From the NCBI RefSeq assembly GCF_009914755.1, contig NC_060928.1: a stretch of 64,000 bases of DNA. One strand, written 5' to 3'. Source of the DNA: the human T2T-CHM13v2.0 reference genome, Homo sapiens. Position numbers and translations under genes: made by a program. The stretch's first letter is position 1; each line of letters begins with the position of its first letter. Below the pieces are notes generated by a model, which worked only from the letters and a program-made list of their open reading frames with translations, was not told the origin of the DNA and did not search any database. Positions 1-15,384 of this stretch are shown here, in pieces.

Positions 1-3000
1 TGAGGCCTCATGTGTCATTAAATGAGGAATGCAAGAAGCTTATGAAGATTAGCAAAAGGAAGAACTCTCTACACTTTAATGCCACTTAATTTTTAAGTTT
101 TCAAGTGTTACATATAAACTTATTAAAGATTGTTGTCCCCTTTATTTCTACCCCCTACCTTTAGAATGAACAGAAATACATTAATGTTTTGCCTTTGTAC
201 CAAGAATCTGCAATAAACACTTTTCTTTGTAAACATCAGTGTTCAACATCAGATGGTCGTGGTGAATGACATAATATAAAACTATCGTTCAATGAAAACG
301 AGTCAAAGTACCTAGGGACTTTATGCTATACTTGGTGTTAGTCACAGGCTTGAATTATAGGGTACTCAGCTTTATTCTCTTGGGCAACCAAAATTTCATA
401 ACATAATACATAATGTTATAGAGACCTTACAGCGTATTTATCTTATATATGTGAAGAATTTAAAATAGAAAACCAAAAAAGATTAATAATATAAATTTTT
501 ACATCTAATAATAAAAATGTTCACTTTTTATCTTTCTACTTTAATAGTTCCAACTGCAAAAATTTTTCAAGTAAATCGTTTTTGGAAGTTGTACTTGAAT
601 GATTTGGAGGATACTTGATGTCATCAAAGTTTAAATCTTCTAGCAAGATCTTCTGGTGTTTAAAATATATCATTGACTCAGCCTCTGCCTATTCACATTT
701 ATGGTCATTTAAATAGGCTACAGTTTATACACCCAAGGGGAAAGCATTTGCTAACAATGATGCAAAATGTTTGATATGGAATTTATTTATACTATTTTAG
801 AAAACTATTTTAAACATCCACAAAAACTTTACCAGCAACCACTTATTTAGAACCAGTGTACAAAAATAATCACAAATCATCCCTAAGGAACTCTAGTTAG
901 TACTTTGCCGTTTCAGTTTTAGTTACTATATTTCTTTAAAATTATAATACTTATCTCTTTTAAACATTGATACAGATCTTTAATGATAGGCTGTCATTAA
1001 AAAGGAAACCAAAAGATAGTAATTTATTTTAAAATTTACTCAGAACTCTTCTCTAATTTAAAATACCTTCTGCTCTTCTATTTATGCAGATTAATGAAGT
1101 TTTATTGTAGGTGTATAGTATATTATGGTGTCATAAATTCCTACAGTATAGTCTTTCATTGGTTTAAAAGATAATTAGCTAAATTTATTTTTATGGAAGA
1201 ACCAAATAGGAAAGGATGCTTAAAATTAAAAATTAAGTCATGTAGAATCTTTTTTACATATAATCTATAATGGACTAAAGCTTTTTCATTTCATAGCTAT
1301 ATAAAGGAATTCAACATAAACAACTGTGGTATCTTGAATAAAAACTAATTGTAAATTTCTTTTATATTTTATGTATTCGTAGAAACATGCTTATTTTAAA
1401 ATTCTCTTTTCATTTCTTCACTGGAAATTTTCATTAATAATTACTGAATCCATACCATCTTCAGATTCAGGTTATAAGTTTTCACATATCAATATCTAAG
1501 AATTGGAGGAAAAAATATGCATCATTTTTTAAAAATAAAGAAGTTCCAAACCTTAGTCTTAGATTTATAATAATACCATATATTTGTACCACACTGTTGT
1601 TTCTTAGGTTGTTATTGTAATTAGAGCATGAGTTACTATTTGTAAATATATGAAATATCCTAATTTGGGCTGTTTTTATAAGTAGCAATTTATTTAATAG
1701 TAAAATAAGTTTTAAAAATTAGTCTTGAAATAGACATACCTGTCTTTTTTAAATTTTATTTATAATACATATTGTAATACATTTTTCTATATATATACAA
1801 GTATGTATTTTTATATGAATTTAGATATTTACCCCCAAAAGTGATTTCTCTTTTGCCCTTCAGAAAAAATAAAAATTCTCACTTGCAATGCTAATTTTTA
1901 ATGACTTATTTATCAGTAATACTGTGCATTGCTGTTTATCCCAGAAAATTGAACTTTTGTGTTTGAAAGAATTTAAAATATTTTACTATTTTTCCTTTTA
2001 CTTTGTCAAAAAGAAGAGAGCACAACTGGCCCACTGACTTCCTTGCTTACTTAGTGCTTATTGCCCTCAGAGCATTACCAACAGATTATAGAGCCCCAGA
2101 AATTCTTACTTGTCCAATACATATTGTTTGAAATTACCCTGTAAGGCATTTTTTATTAAAATTAATATTTAGGTAATGCAGTTGTATCTATCTGCATTAT
2201 AAATTTGTCTCTATGCTGCCTAAAATACTTAAGGCTTGAAAAGATGGAAAGCATGACCACCTTTGTCAGTGTAGAATAATCACATGCTCAGGTAGGTCGC
2301 CAATCCAAGATTAGGACTTTCTGACATTCAACTGTGGAATGTCTGGTTGAGTTGACCCAGCTGTGCTTAATTGCTACAAACTGGGGGCAGTCAATTCTAC
2401 ATTCATTAGAGAAATAAATCCTTTCTGCCTAAGGATTGTTTTCAGTTGATGAATATATATGGGGATATAGCGATAAAGACCAGTAGTATACAGCTATTAC
2501 TCAAAATCTTTATTTTCAAATTGAATTAATTGAAGACCATGATTCTAAAAGTCATAAATCATCTGTTTTACTTACCTGACTTCCAAAATTAAAAATTTTG
2601 AAATGTGGCCTGAATCTTTTGTGAGAGAAAGTAAAAATAAGCTGCCTGGTTGTTATTTTCTTATTACTTCAATTAAAAAAAGGAGAGATTTGACTTATGT
2701 AGTTTTTATAAGTTACTTGGAACTTTTCATATTTCTGTATAATTCCATAATATCATTCTTAGGCATCTGTTAAATTGGGATTATAATAGTTTGTAATATA
2801 TTCCTTTCTGTATAATATTTAATGGCTGTTTGAACTTTACATATGCATATATTCCCCTCTCAAAATGAAAAAAAGTAGTATGATTTTAAACTTGTCTGGT
2901 GGTGTATATGATTACTATAAAATAGTGATTTATTATGACATATTTTATAAATTTATCTTAACATTTCAGTAGTTCTGCAGTATTATAAATTAATTTTTTT

Positions 3001-3007
3001 CTTTCAG

Positions 3008-3117
3008 TTGCACCACTTTGTTTTCTATACCATGAACCTTCCAAATTGTATCAGATATTCCGTGAGATGTATGTGCGTTTTTTCTTCAGACTCCATTCCA
3101 TCTCTTCTCATCCTTCT
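3008..3117 (+). CDS. TBC1D19: TBC1D19 coding exon (110 nt), (V)APLCFLYHEPSKLYQIFREMYVRFFFRLHSISSHPS
   Basis: Acceptor tttttttctttcag, donor gtaagt; open frame joins next exon in phase 0; peptide recognised as TBC1D19 Rab-GAP TBC domain region. Confidence 0.95.
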
Positions 3118-4218
3118 GTAAGTTCATAAGAAAAACTTGATCAAATTAGGTTGGATTGTAATCTATTCTTTCTTTCTGTTAAGAAAAAGTCTTCTACTCA
3201 AATTCTAACGCAACAAATTTTAATTTGTGATGTCAAGCAATGTGTTTTTATTGCAAAAATGACAGAGAAGATGAAATTGATATTTAAATATTTTGGTAAT
3301 AATTTAAACAGAAAAAGTCTCTTGTCAACTACATTTAAATGATTTTTTTCTTTTACATATTAAAAAAATTAGAATGTCTGTATTATTATTCTTAGCAAAG
3401 ATGCCTACCTTCTTTTCTCATTTCTTATCTATGAAATGAAGTAAATAATATATTATCTCTAGTGCTGTAGAAAAGTCTACAAAGCACTCAGTGTAGTTAG
3501 TGCTTGGCTCCTCGCAGGTGTTCAGTAAATAAATGGCCGTTGTTGTTATAATTATAATCATCATTCTTCTTTGTTAGTGAAAATCAAGTATTGATTTGTC
3601 ACTTGTTTGCCAATTTCATATTTGGCTAATTATCAGTTATAATAGTACATATTTTCTTTGTATTCAATAAAATGATCCTTTGGCCTACAATATAAGAATC
3701 AAGGAAAAGCATATATTTAGGAGTTGAACATTTTAATCTGTTCTCTTTTGGCTGTTCCTTTATCATATCTTTTTTTTCCCTTCCCATAAACCTGACTAAG
3801 AGCAGTATTTATTTTATTTCAGTTATGCTTTTTTTCCCCCTTTGGACCTGCTGTGGGTAACATGACTGCTACTCCAGGTGAAACATTCAATTGGAATATA
3901 TGTCAGGGCTACTAAATTTCCCCAAAGAGGCAACTGTATTATTGCTATGAAATTAAATAGCTGTTCTTTATCCCCCCATTCTAAGCCTATATATTCCTAT
4001 TTCACCTTCCTCCATCTCCAGTTTTGCTTTCATACATCGCTAGTGAAAGTTGGCAAATCACAGAATTCCAGGATGTTACAGATAAACAAATGAAGCAACA
4101 CCAGTTATCCTGGGTTTCTTATCTCTAAGAGAACTTGATTTTGTTCTTATCTTACTTTAATATTTAATCTGGAATAATCAGAAATATGACCAATAATTAA
4201 GATTAATAATTCTTTTCT

Positions 4219-4530
<312 letters not shown>

Positions 4531-5651
4531 GATTAATAATTCTTTTCTGATATTCAGTTCTAAGTATCATATTTCTATGCTCATATTCTATGCCATTTTA
4601 TGCTTCAGAGTTTAAAAAAACTGGCTGCATAGCACACACCCATGGTGTTCTCCCTGTGCAGAGCACTGAAGCCTGGCACTGGGCAACTCTGGGTATTTCT
4701 TGTCTATCTCTATGCTGGTGGCCCTGGGTATTCTTTTTCAGCGAATTGATTGAGCCAGGCCTGCCTCTGTCCTTTTTTTTTTTTTTATTCAGAGGAGTAA
4801 AAACTTACGGGCAGTCACCACCTTTTTTGGCTTGCAGCTAGACTGAACTATTTGGAACCATGACAGTCTTTTTTTCTTTAGAAACACAAAAAGAGGATTA
4901 AAACTTCCTTACAAAGATAAACTCTGAGGAATGCTAAGCTGCAGGAAAGACTTTATTCAGAGTTGTCAAATAATAAATGTACTTGAAAAACTATCTGCTT
5001 AAATTGGTTTTGTACTTTACAAATAATGCCCTTTTAAAAACAGTAGATTTTAGTTTTAAAAAATATGTGTATACTAAGTAATCAAACATTCTTGTTCAAT
5101 AACTTCTGAAGCAAATTTAAAGCAGCTAGCTGCTAGTCTTTTCCTGGGGGTAGATTTCAAAGAAAGAGTGAGAAAAGCAGGCAGTATTTTCCCTAGTGAG
5201 TGAGGCTGGAGGGGAAGGGACATATGGAGGGAGAGTGAAGGTGGCTATATAGCACTAGGGAAATAACTGGAAACTGGAATGCATTCAGATAAAAACTAAT
5301 TTTGCTGGGGCTAAGTAATCATAGTGGCTTGCAAAGTAGCAAGTTTTCTGTAAGGTGATATTTTCCTTGGACTCTCCAAATATTATATACTGGTTTATGT
5401 GGGGAGCATATTGTGTAAAAAGGGAGGCTCTTTAGCACATCTGTATGTGTGAGTATATATAAAGAGGATAAAGTTTATCTCTAAACACAATGTTAGAGAT
5501 TCTTTAATACATTTCATGTTTTTGACTCTTAAACAGTATAAAGAAAATTTATGTTGATAGTTTCTCATTTTCCATTTGAATAATTTGTTGGCATAGTTAA
5601 TTTTTAAATATTAAAATATCTATTTCTCTTATGATTCATTATTGTATCCAG

Positions 5652-5743
5652 GGTATTGTGTCACTCTGTCTGCTGTTTGAAACTCTTCTTCAAACTTATC
5701 TTCCCCAACTCTTTTATCATCTACGAGAAATTGGGGCTCAACC
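5652..5743 (+). CDS. TBC1D19: TBC1D19 coding exon (92 nt), GIVSLCLLFETLLQTYLPQLFYHLREIGAQ(P)
   Basis: Acceptor gtatccag, donor gtgagt; TBC-type LPQLFYHL segment; phase 2 end matches next exon. Confidence 0.95.
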
Positions 5744-6509
5744 GTGAGTACTTTTCTCTCCTAATTGAAGAATAGATAGTTTCACAGAAAGCTCTTTTTT
5801 CCTCATTGCAGAGCACTTGCAAATACGTAATTTTTCAGAGACATTAAGCTAACAGTTTTCCTAATAAAACTATAATTATCAATTAGTAAATTGTAATAAC
5901 ATTGTTCCAAAAATTCTTGAAAGAATTACCAAAATCCTAATAAAGTCTTATTTACTAGGATTTTTGTGTCTGGTACAAGAATCACCAAAATGAACCAATT
6001 TCTATTCATAACGAAAGGTGTCAGCCAAAACTGAAGCAAACATTTGTGGAAACAAATACTACCTGAGAAACATGATCATACTAAACTTAATTCAATATAG
6101 GCCACATTTATCAGAGAATAACCTATGAAAACTATAAAAGTTAAAGTTGGCTGTCTTTTCTTAAAGGAAAGCAAATCAGGTACCTATCAATGGTTGTACA
6201 CTGTGATTTCTCCTTTCTAAAATTTGAGTTTTGTTCATTGGTCTCAGCATGAGTTATAAGTGAATATGTATAGTATCTCTGGACTTCAAGATTATTGGTT
6301 CTATCTCTCTCTTTTAAAAAAAAATGTCTAAAGCAAGAGAACTTTCCAAATGGTTTATCAGTGTTTTCTTCCTGTCTTCTCTGTGCAGCTATTTTCTCCT
6401 GTTAAGGAGGGCATATTTGAAAAAAGTATTAACTCCTTGAGGCCACAAAAGAAGTTAGTGGGAGATAGAATAGTATAGCATTTGTCTTCTCCACTCTTGA
6501 ATCCATAGC

Positions 6510-6700
6510 AAATAGATAGCTCAGTGGGTGGAAATTTAATCCAGATTCAAATTCCATTTCTGTTAAGCTTTGTAATCCTGGTGAAGTTTTTTAATTTATC
6601 AAAGCCTCAATTTCTTTACGTTAAGATAATTCAGTTTGTTTATCTTAAAAATCAAGAGAATTAGTACCTTGCAGAGTTGTTTCAAGATTGACTGATTATA
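6510..6700 (+). mobile_element. MIR fragment
   Basis: Degenerate MIR core (gattcaaattcc...gcctcaatttc...gcagagttgtt). Confidence 0.5.
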
Positions 6701-8641
6701 AAGATGGAGATAACAATCAAGATGGAGATAGAGATAGGTAGATATATAATCTCCTTTTTATAAAGTACCATTGAATTTCAGACATCTTAGAGATGGCCTT
6801 TATAAAATAATACCTCATATCATCCATTGATAATACTGAGTGGATACCCTTTCCTTTATAGCCATTAAAAAACAAAATTCTATTCATGATTCAGAAATAT
6901 TTTATATTGAGCATAAGACTTTTATTCTTGTAGTAAATTGACTTCTTTTTGCTATTGTGAAATGAACATTGGAGTATAAGTAGGGTTTTCTTTACTAGGA
7001 TGAAGACATTTAGTTCATTACTAGAAACAAATATTTTTTCTAGCCTGTTTGTATACTTTACTCATTAAAAGAAATAAATTTATTTCAATGACATGATAAA
7101 CATTAAAATTCCTATATAGGAAAAGTGTAAAAATTCTAATTGTCAAGGTAGAAATCATTTTTTTAAAAACTGAAGCTTTTGGAAGGTTTTTTAATTTTGA
7201 ATTTAATTTCTTTAATAGATATAGGACTACTTGGGTTATCTATTTCTTTTTGAATAAGCTTCAGTAGTTTATGTCTTTTACTAGGTTATCATATTTATAA
7301 ACAGAAAGTTATTCATAATATTCTCTATGCTTAGCCTTTTTAATATTTATAGGGTTAGTAGTGACATCATCTTTGTCATTCCTGAGATTAGTAATTGTAT
7401 TATCTCCCATTTTTTCTTGATTATTCTGGCTGCAGGTTTATCAATTTTATTCATCTTTGAAAGAATCAGTTTTTTGTACCATTGATTCTTTTTCTCTGTT
7501 GTTTTTCTACTTTAATTTTATTTATTTTTACTCTTATATTTATTATTTTCTTCTTTTTGCTTGCATTAGATTTATTTTGCTCTTGTCTTTCTGCTTGTTT
7601 AAGGTAGAAGTTAGATCATTGATTTGGGACTTTCTTTTTTTCTAATATAAGCATTAATGTTACAGATTTCCCTCAAATTACTTATTTACCTCCACCTAAC
7701 AAATTTTGATATGTTATATTTTCATTTTTATTTAATTAGAAATGTTTCATAATTTATCCTGTGGTTTCCTCTTTGAATATGGGTTATGTAAAAGTACGTT
7801 GTTTAATTTCTAAATATTTGGAAAGCTATCTTTCTGGCATTTATTTCTGTTTTAATTCTGTTGCAGTTAAACAGCATGCTTCACATGATTTCAGTTGTTT
7901 TAAATGTGTTGAAGTTTGTTTTTTGATCCAGAACATGATCTGTCTTGGTCCATGTGCACCTGAAAAAAATTTGTATTCTGCAAGTATCGGGCAGAATGTC
8001 ATATAAATGTCAAGGAATCAAGTTTGTTAATAATGATGTTCAAACCTTGTATACACTTACTAATTTTCTGTCTACTTTTTCTATTAATTATTGAAAGAGA
8101 AATGTGATCAGCTCTAATTATAATTGTGGATTTTGTCTATGTCTTCCTTTAGTGCTTTGTCTTTTTCTTCACGTATTTGGATGCTTTGTTTTTAGGAGAA
8201 TTGATCACTTTATTATTATATAATGTCCTGTTTTATTCCTAGTAATAAATCTACTATGTCTGATATTAATATAGCCATTCCAGCTTTCTTTTGATTATAA
8301 TTGCATGATACATTCTTTTCTATTCTTTTACTTAACATATTGATTATCAATATCTTTTTTTAAGTGGATTTCTTATCGAAAGTTGGGTCTTCCTATGTGG
8401 CAGTCTGTTTCTTAATCGGTGTGTTTATACCATTTATAGTTAATAAAATTGATATTATTGAATTGGAATCAACTATATTACTAAATTTTTTTAGTTATTC
8501 CATGTTCTCTTTATTCCTTTTTTCTCATTCTCTGCCTACTTTTGAATTGAACATTTTTTATTCCATTTTATCTCCACTATTAGATTTTTATACTTTTAAA
8601 GTATGTTTTTGATAGGTGCCATGAGGTTTACAATATACTTC

Positions 8642-8954
8642 TTTTTTTTTTTTTTTTTTTTTTTTTTTGAGATGGAGTCTCACTCTGTCACCCAGGCTGG
8701 AGTGCAGTGATGCGATCTTGGCTCACTGCAACCTCACCTCCCTGGTTCAGGCAATTCCCCTGCCTCAGCCTCCCAAGTAGCTGGGATTACAGGTGCACGC
8801 CACCATGCGCAGCTAATTTTTTTTTTGTATTTTTAGTAGAGACGGGGTTTCACCATGTTGGCCAGACTGGTCTCGGACTCCTGACCTCAGGCAATCTGCC
8901 TGCCTTGGCCTCCCAAAGTCCTGGGATTACAGGTGTGAGCCACCGCACCCAGCC
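8642..8954 (-). mobile_element. AluS
   Basis: Dimeric Alu, poly-T at left, TSD aatatacttc. Confidence 0.92.
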
Positions 8955-9375
8955 AATATACTTCTTTAATTAATCACATTCTACCTTCAAATAAACTTCA
9001 GGCCTAGATGGCTTCACTGGCAAATTCTACCAAGCACTCCAGGAAGAAGTGATATCAATCCTTATTTTTCTGTGGCTACTGTCAAGATTTTTGTTTTCAG
9101 TTCTCACCACTTTGATTATGATATATCTAGGCATAGATTTCTTTGGATTTATCCTCTTGGGTGTTTGCTAAGCTTGAATTTATAAGTTTATGTCTTTTGC
9201 CAAATTTGGCAGTTTTGACCCATTATTACTTTAAATATTTTTTTCTGCACCATACTCATTCTTCTTTTCTTCTGGCAATCCAGTGGCACAAATGTTCAAA
9301 CTTTTGATATAAAAGAAAAAAAGAAGATGAAGAAAAATAAGGTTTGTTATTTTCTCACAGGTCCTTGCAGGTCTA

Positions 9376-9511
9376 TTTTTTTTTTTTTTTTTTCCATAGA
9401 GATAGGTTCTTGCTTTGTTGCTCAGGCTGGTCTCAAACTCCTGGCTTCAAGTATTCCTTCCTGTCTCAGCCTCCCAAAGCACTGGGATTACAGCCATCAC
9501 CACACACAGCC
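9376..9511 (-). mobile_element. FLAM / Alu left monomer
   Basis: Single monomer with poly-T. Confidence 0.8.
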
Positions 9512-9746
9512 CTTCACTTTTTCTTAATCCTTTTTCTGTATTGTGTAGATTGGACATTTTCTACTGATCTATAGTCAAATTCTCTGGCTCTTTCCTCCAT
9601 CATTCTCATTTTACTATTGGATCCCATCTAGTGAGATGTTTTTGTGTGGTTTTTCGGTTATTGTATTTTTCAGTTCTATAATTTCCATCTGGTTCTTCAT
9701 ACAAAACATATTGAACTGTACACTAATAAGGGTAATTTCTGCTATA

Positions 9747-10293
9747 CTGTAGTTTCCCCTTATCTGTGGGAGATATATTCCAAGACCCCCAGTGGGTGCC
9801 TGAAACTGTGGATAGTACTGAGCCCTGTATATACACCATGATGTTTTTCCCTATATATGAATAACTATGATAAAGTTCAATTTATAATTAGGCACAGCAA
9901 GAGATTTACAATAACTAATAATAAAATAGAACAATTATAACAATATGCAAGCATCACTACTCTTACTCTTTGGGGCCATTATTAAGTTAAAAAAAAAAGG
10001 GTCACTTGAACACAGGCGCTGTGATACCAGGACAGTCAACCTGATAACCAATGTGGCTTCTAAGTGACTAACATGTGGGTAGCACGTACAGCATAGATAC
10101 ACCTGACAAAGGGATGATTCATATCTGGAGTGGGACCGTGCGAGCTTTCACCAGGCTACTCAAAACAGCACACAATTTAAAAGTTATGGATTATTTCTGG
10201 AATTTTTCATTTAATATTTTTGGACTGTTGGTGACCACAGTTGGCTATGGGTAACTGAAACCACAGAAAGTGAAACCGTAGGAGGATGACTAT
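9747..10293 (-). mobile_element. MER44-type (Tigger7-derived) DNA transposon inserted in an L1M 3' tail
   Basis: Tigger-type terminus ctgtagtttccccttatctgtgg after TA; MER44 motifs (ggtaactgaaaccacagaaagtgaaacc); flanks rejoin as L1 3' end (ttgaactgtacac...taaattatagcacaataa). Confidence 0.8.
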
Positions 10294-11553
10294 ACATAAA
10301 TTATAGCACAATAAGCTTTATTTCTAAAAAGCTATGCTATGTTATTTCTATATTGGTGGGTGGGGATGTGTGGCACTATTCCTCAAATATGACACTATGA
10401 GAATTTGAGTAAAATGAAGCAAGCTGAAGTTAATAATTTTGACTTTAAATTCAAATGTATTTTGTAAGTTATTAAAATATCCAGTGGCCCAAAGTTTCTT
10501 TTGTATATATAAAGAGATATTCTAAAACCACCCAAAAAGCTTAGTCAATACTAGTGCCTACATGTACTTTGTTATATTAGAACAATAGTTATGCAGTATT
10601 GAGGAATTTCTGAAACTTGAGGATCTTTTTCAGTCTTAAGATAATTAATACAATGACACCAACCAAGGCAACCTCTGGGTCCTTTTCTGTCTTTTAAGAG
10701 AATAGCACAGATGTTTATTGACAAAATATGATAATTCCAGCAAACAGTTTAGCTAGTACCTGTCAGGGACAGTCAAGTGATATTAGATGCTAATAGATAA
10801 TACAGAAATATGAAGAACTGGTTGATCCCTTAAGGCACCAGAGCCAAAGAGTTCATTTCCTGATTTCAGAGATAAATTGTTATTGTAATATAACCTACTT
10901 GTAAGTAGTAAGATCTCATACATCTTAGAATTGTTTTAGCAAAATGGAATTTAATTGAATTTTCTGGCTGATCTTTCAGAGTTCTATAACCTCCTAACTA
11001 AAATGAAGTGTTTGAAATCAGAAATCTATTTCTAATGTCTCATAGCTTTAAAACTATTTTTGTCCTTATACTCATACTTGTTATTTTATTTTATTCATCC
11101 TATATAGCCATTTGACTGAAATGTAGAAAATAATTTATTAAATTGAGAAAATATGCAGGCATTGAACAATCTTTCAAGTATTTTGAATAAAAATTCAAAT
11201 TATTATAGATTGCCTGGAATTGTTAAGACTGTCAGAAGGTCAGCTCATTGATAGCTAAGTAGTATACACTCTGAAAAACAGAATGTAGAAATGGGTTTTA
11301 TAAAAGCTGACCTCTAGAGTAAAGGAGGACCCAGCATGTGTAATTCTTCCTCTTAATACTTTAAGACCACTAATTTGAGGACTTATGGTTTCTCACCACT
11401 GCACTCTTGCAGCTTTCAAGAAAGTACTTAAGTTTTAAATGCCCAGGTGATTTCTAAGACTCTTGAATAGAATTGGTTGGGTTCTTCTGATATTGCATTT
11501 TCATGAGAAAAAATTTCAGTGGTACATTAATTTTTATTTTTCCTTGCTTATAG

Positions 11554-11669
11554 ACTTCGCATATCATTTAAGTGGATGGTTCGAGCTTTCTCTGGATACT
11601 TAGCTACAGATCAGCTCTTGCTTTTATGGGATAGAATCCTAGGATACAACTCTCTGGAAATTCTTGCTG
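11554..11669 (+). CDS. TBC1D19: TBC1D19 coding exon (116 nt), LRISFKWMVRAFSGYLATDQLLLLWDRILGYNSLEILA
   Basis: Acceptor tccttgcttatag, donor gtaaga; W..F...LWD motif typical of the TBC domain C-terminal part. Confidence 0.96.
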
Positions 11670-12534
11670 GTAAGAGTAAATGCTTGTTTGTAGAACACAT
11701 GCTGTTTCTATAATAAGTCCCCTTTTCTTCCTAACATTCACCATCCGTAACTGGAATTTATTTGTCACTTCTAATTCATGAACAATTAATAGATATATCT
11801 GGCTTTGACGATAAGTACGAACAAAAACTGCAGTCTTGATACTTTTATGTAACTGCACAATACCAGCCTACTTCTAGTCTTTCTTCCCAGCTCCCAGGAA
11901 AGTTCATTTTCCCTTCCCTTTCCCTCTCCCCTTTTAGTCCAGCTAGGTCTCACTATCTCCCAACACCTATGAGGTCTGTGCAGCAGAGTGTAGATATACT
12001 TCCCTTCTACTCTGGACTCCCCTGGCTACCTTAGCAGTCTGTTCTATGCCCCATCTCAACACCTAAGATCCAAACTGAGGCTAAGCCTCCCTACATGGCT
12101 GAAACCTCAGCTCTTCTGTGTCTATTTATAAATGAAGTTAAAACCTTTTCCTTTTTGCTAACAGTCTCTGACTTCCTCCCTGGTGGCTGAGTTTCCCCTT
12201 TTATTCTCTCAGGCCAAAAACTATTTCATCTTTTTTTCAAAGCCACAAATTTATCTTTTATTTAATAATTAAGCAGTTCTTACAACAGATGTATGCCCAA
12301 GGCAATTATATGATTACAAAGAAGGCATATATTTCTTATTAATTATATTATTTTGCTTCTCTTGTGCACAATAGACTCAATTACTTTATTAGTGAGATTA
12401 CCAGGAAATTCAAATAATAATTACAAAGTTTTCACAATAGATAGGGATCAGAAAAGTTGGCAGAATGTTTCCATACCTTAAATTGATAGCATTATAAAAT
12501 CACCTCTCTGGGCTGCTGTGGAAATAAAGCTTAG

Positions 12535-12889
<355 letters not shown>

Positions 12890-15109
12890 TAACATATTCT
12901 TGAATGCTGAGAAGTCTATAGTTATAGTTACTGGGTAGCATATGTCCCTGGGTGGCAATTACCCTGGTATAATCAGAGATACCACTGATTAATGTTTTTA
13001 GCAACTTCTAGTGTTCTGTCTCAATTTTTTTAAAAACCTATACAAATATGATTTAGGAAATAATGGTCTGCCCTCATTTCTTTTGGCTGAATGGCAGTAA
13101 CATATATAATCTAGCAAGAGAAGGAATCCTCAAGGGTGTTGAGTATAACTTTTTCTAAACATTGTTCACAAGCCTTTCTTATCCTCTGCTGGGACACTTC
13201 AGTATTGGGCAATCCCTGCCTTACCTCGTGGCCCATTTCATTTCTGGATAATATGGCTCATTACATGTACCCCTATTAAACCAAAGTAATTATCATGTTT
13301 TCTCTACTCTCACATTTTCGCCTCTCCCCAAAGTCTTCTATTTTCCAAGCTAAGTAGCCTTGTTTTCTACTGTCATTTCTCAAGTGAGAGAATTGTAGAC
13401 TTTTAACCAAATGTCTGTCCTCTGAGTGTGCCAGAAAATTTGAAGATTACTGTGTATAGCTTTCTGTATCATTTTAAAGAGACATTAAAGCATGTTTAAA
13501 AGGAGGGCTCAGTCTAAGAAAATATTTTCTAATAATTAGGACTTTCAAAAAGTAGAATGGGTTCTTTAACTGTTATGTGAAGGGTCAAGAGGTTTCATAC
13601 CTTGAAAGAAATGTTGAATTAGAAAACCTCCAAGCCCTCTTTCAATTTAAATTCTCTCATTCTGTGCCTTATCATCCCTTAGCAAACTGAAGGAAAAGAG
13701 AAATAAATGTATGTTGAATACTGTATTTGCTGTAAGCCAGGCACTCTTCTATGAGCTCAATAATTAATAAAAACGTTACTGAAGAATAGGTAGAAATGTA
13801 GTCTGCATTATTGCTTCCACCCATTTTCCCTGAGTGCTTTAAAAAAATCTACAGGGAAGAATTCTGGAACATCTAGAAATGGAACTAGACTGAAGGAAGC
13901 TCCCCTACCATGGAATTCAGATAAAGAATCACAGGGTAGATAATTTCATGTAAATGTATACAAATTAGTTTTGATTATTTCGTATACTTTTGGTATGAGT
14001 ATTTTGGAATCACCTTTTTCTGATCAAGTGGGTTACTATGTAGTCTTGAGAAATATTTTCATAAATGTCACTGGCTTTAATTGTGAATTAATTAGAGCCT
14101 TTTGAAGAACAGTTTAAAGCAAAGTTATCTTAATGTTCTCGATAGAATTGCTTAGAATTAAAGTAATAAGACCAAAAGAAAATATTAGAGCCTCTATATT
14201 TCATATGAAGCATAATTTCAGTTGAAAATATCCCAAAGTGTAGACCTTTCCTCCCTGGCAAACAAACCTGTTCTGTGGAAGGGCTGGGCAAACCAAACAT
14301 GAGGCAGATGGAAAGGAACTTCTGTGATGTGACACCAAGATAAATAAAGGTTATGAGCACATAAGCATTTTGGATGCTGAGGTCAATTAGTGAACTGCTC
14401 TTTTTTTCCCCTTCTTATCTACCTTTGGAGAAACAGTTTCCCACTGTGTAAAACTCTTTCCTGCTGGAGCAGAAAATTTGGCCAGACTGTCAAGCTTTCA
14501 GCAACTATGTTCAATTATATACAAAAAAGGAAGTAGTAATCATACTCTTTAACTGCTAAAATGCCTGCACTATATAAAATATGATTCCAGATATTAGGAA
14601 GTGGTAAAAAATTGTTGGTCTACAGAAATAGTTTTCTTTGATATTCTTGTAAACATGAAACTCAGTGACTTTAAAGTATTCATGTTTTCTTCATTTCAGT
14701 TAAGGAGTAAATCCTTTGTTGCAGATCTCTTGTATCTACTGTTACATATTCACTAACTCCAGCTGACTTGACTTTTAAAATTTTACCATTCTCATCTTTT
14801 TCTCCAGAATTTTTCTCTCTGACGAGTTCTAATGCTTTTTTGCCCGACTGTCCAAAATCTCTAGTCCCCTAGAAAAGTGCCTGTGCTTCCCAGTTACTGG
14901 TTGCACTTGGCCTTTATCTGGGGAAATTAAGAGACCTGGCTGCTGACTTCTGTTCCTTAGGCACAATGACCAGGACCACTGTAGCAGCATCCTTCATGCC
15001 ATCTCTGGAAAGCCATTCTGATAGACAGCAGAGCCAATGATTTTTAGGAAAGCACACAGATTTTCATGTCAGAGATGAGTAGTTGCTGCTTACTTTCAGT
15101 CTCAATAGT

Positions 15110-15290
15110 ATCTTCACATAGTGGTTAGATGCACAACTCCAGAGCCAAGGTTGAGTATTGGCTTTACTATTTTCTACCTGGGTGCCTCTGAACGTGTCAC
15201 CCCACTTACTATGCCTCACTCTCTATATTAGTAAAATGGGCTATTAATAGTATTTAACTCACAGAATTGGTATGAGAATGACTTATTCTC
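15110..15290 (+). mobile_element. MIR
   Basis: gtggttaga...gcctcac...gtaaaatgggg...aactcacagaattggtatgagaat. Confidence 0.65.
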
Positions 15291-15384
15291 TTTGTAAAAA
15301 TGTATTTTAAAAAATATATGTGTTTGCATTAGGTATGCAGTATACCTAGGAACCAGTCTTCCAAATAATTTGGAATATTTCTTT

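Larger units (their letters stand above)
7180..9680 (-). mobile_element. Old L1M fragments (ORF2 5' part / ORF1), interrupted by Alus
   Basis: T-rich antisense L1-like sequence (e.g. aggtttatcaattttattcatcttt, aatatagccattccagctttc). Confidence 0.7.

Noticed and set aside
1-3007. Additional upstream TBC1D19 exon
   Set aside because: No splice-bounded segment encoding the expected preceding peptide was found; it likely lies before the window.
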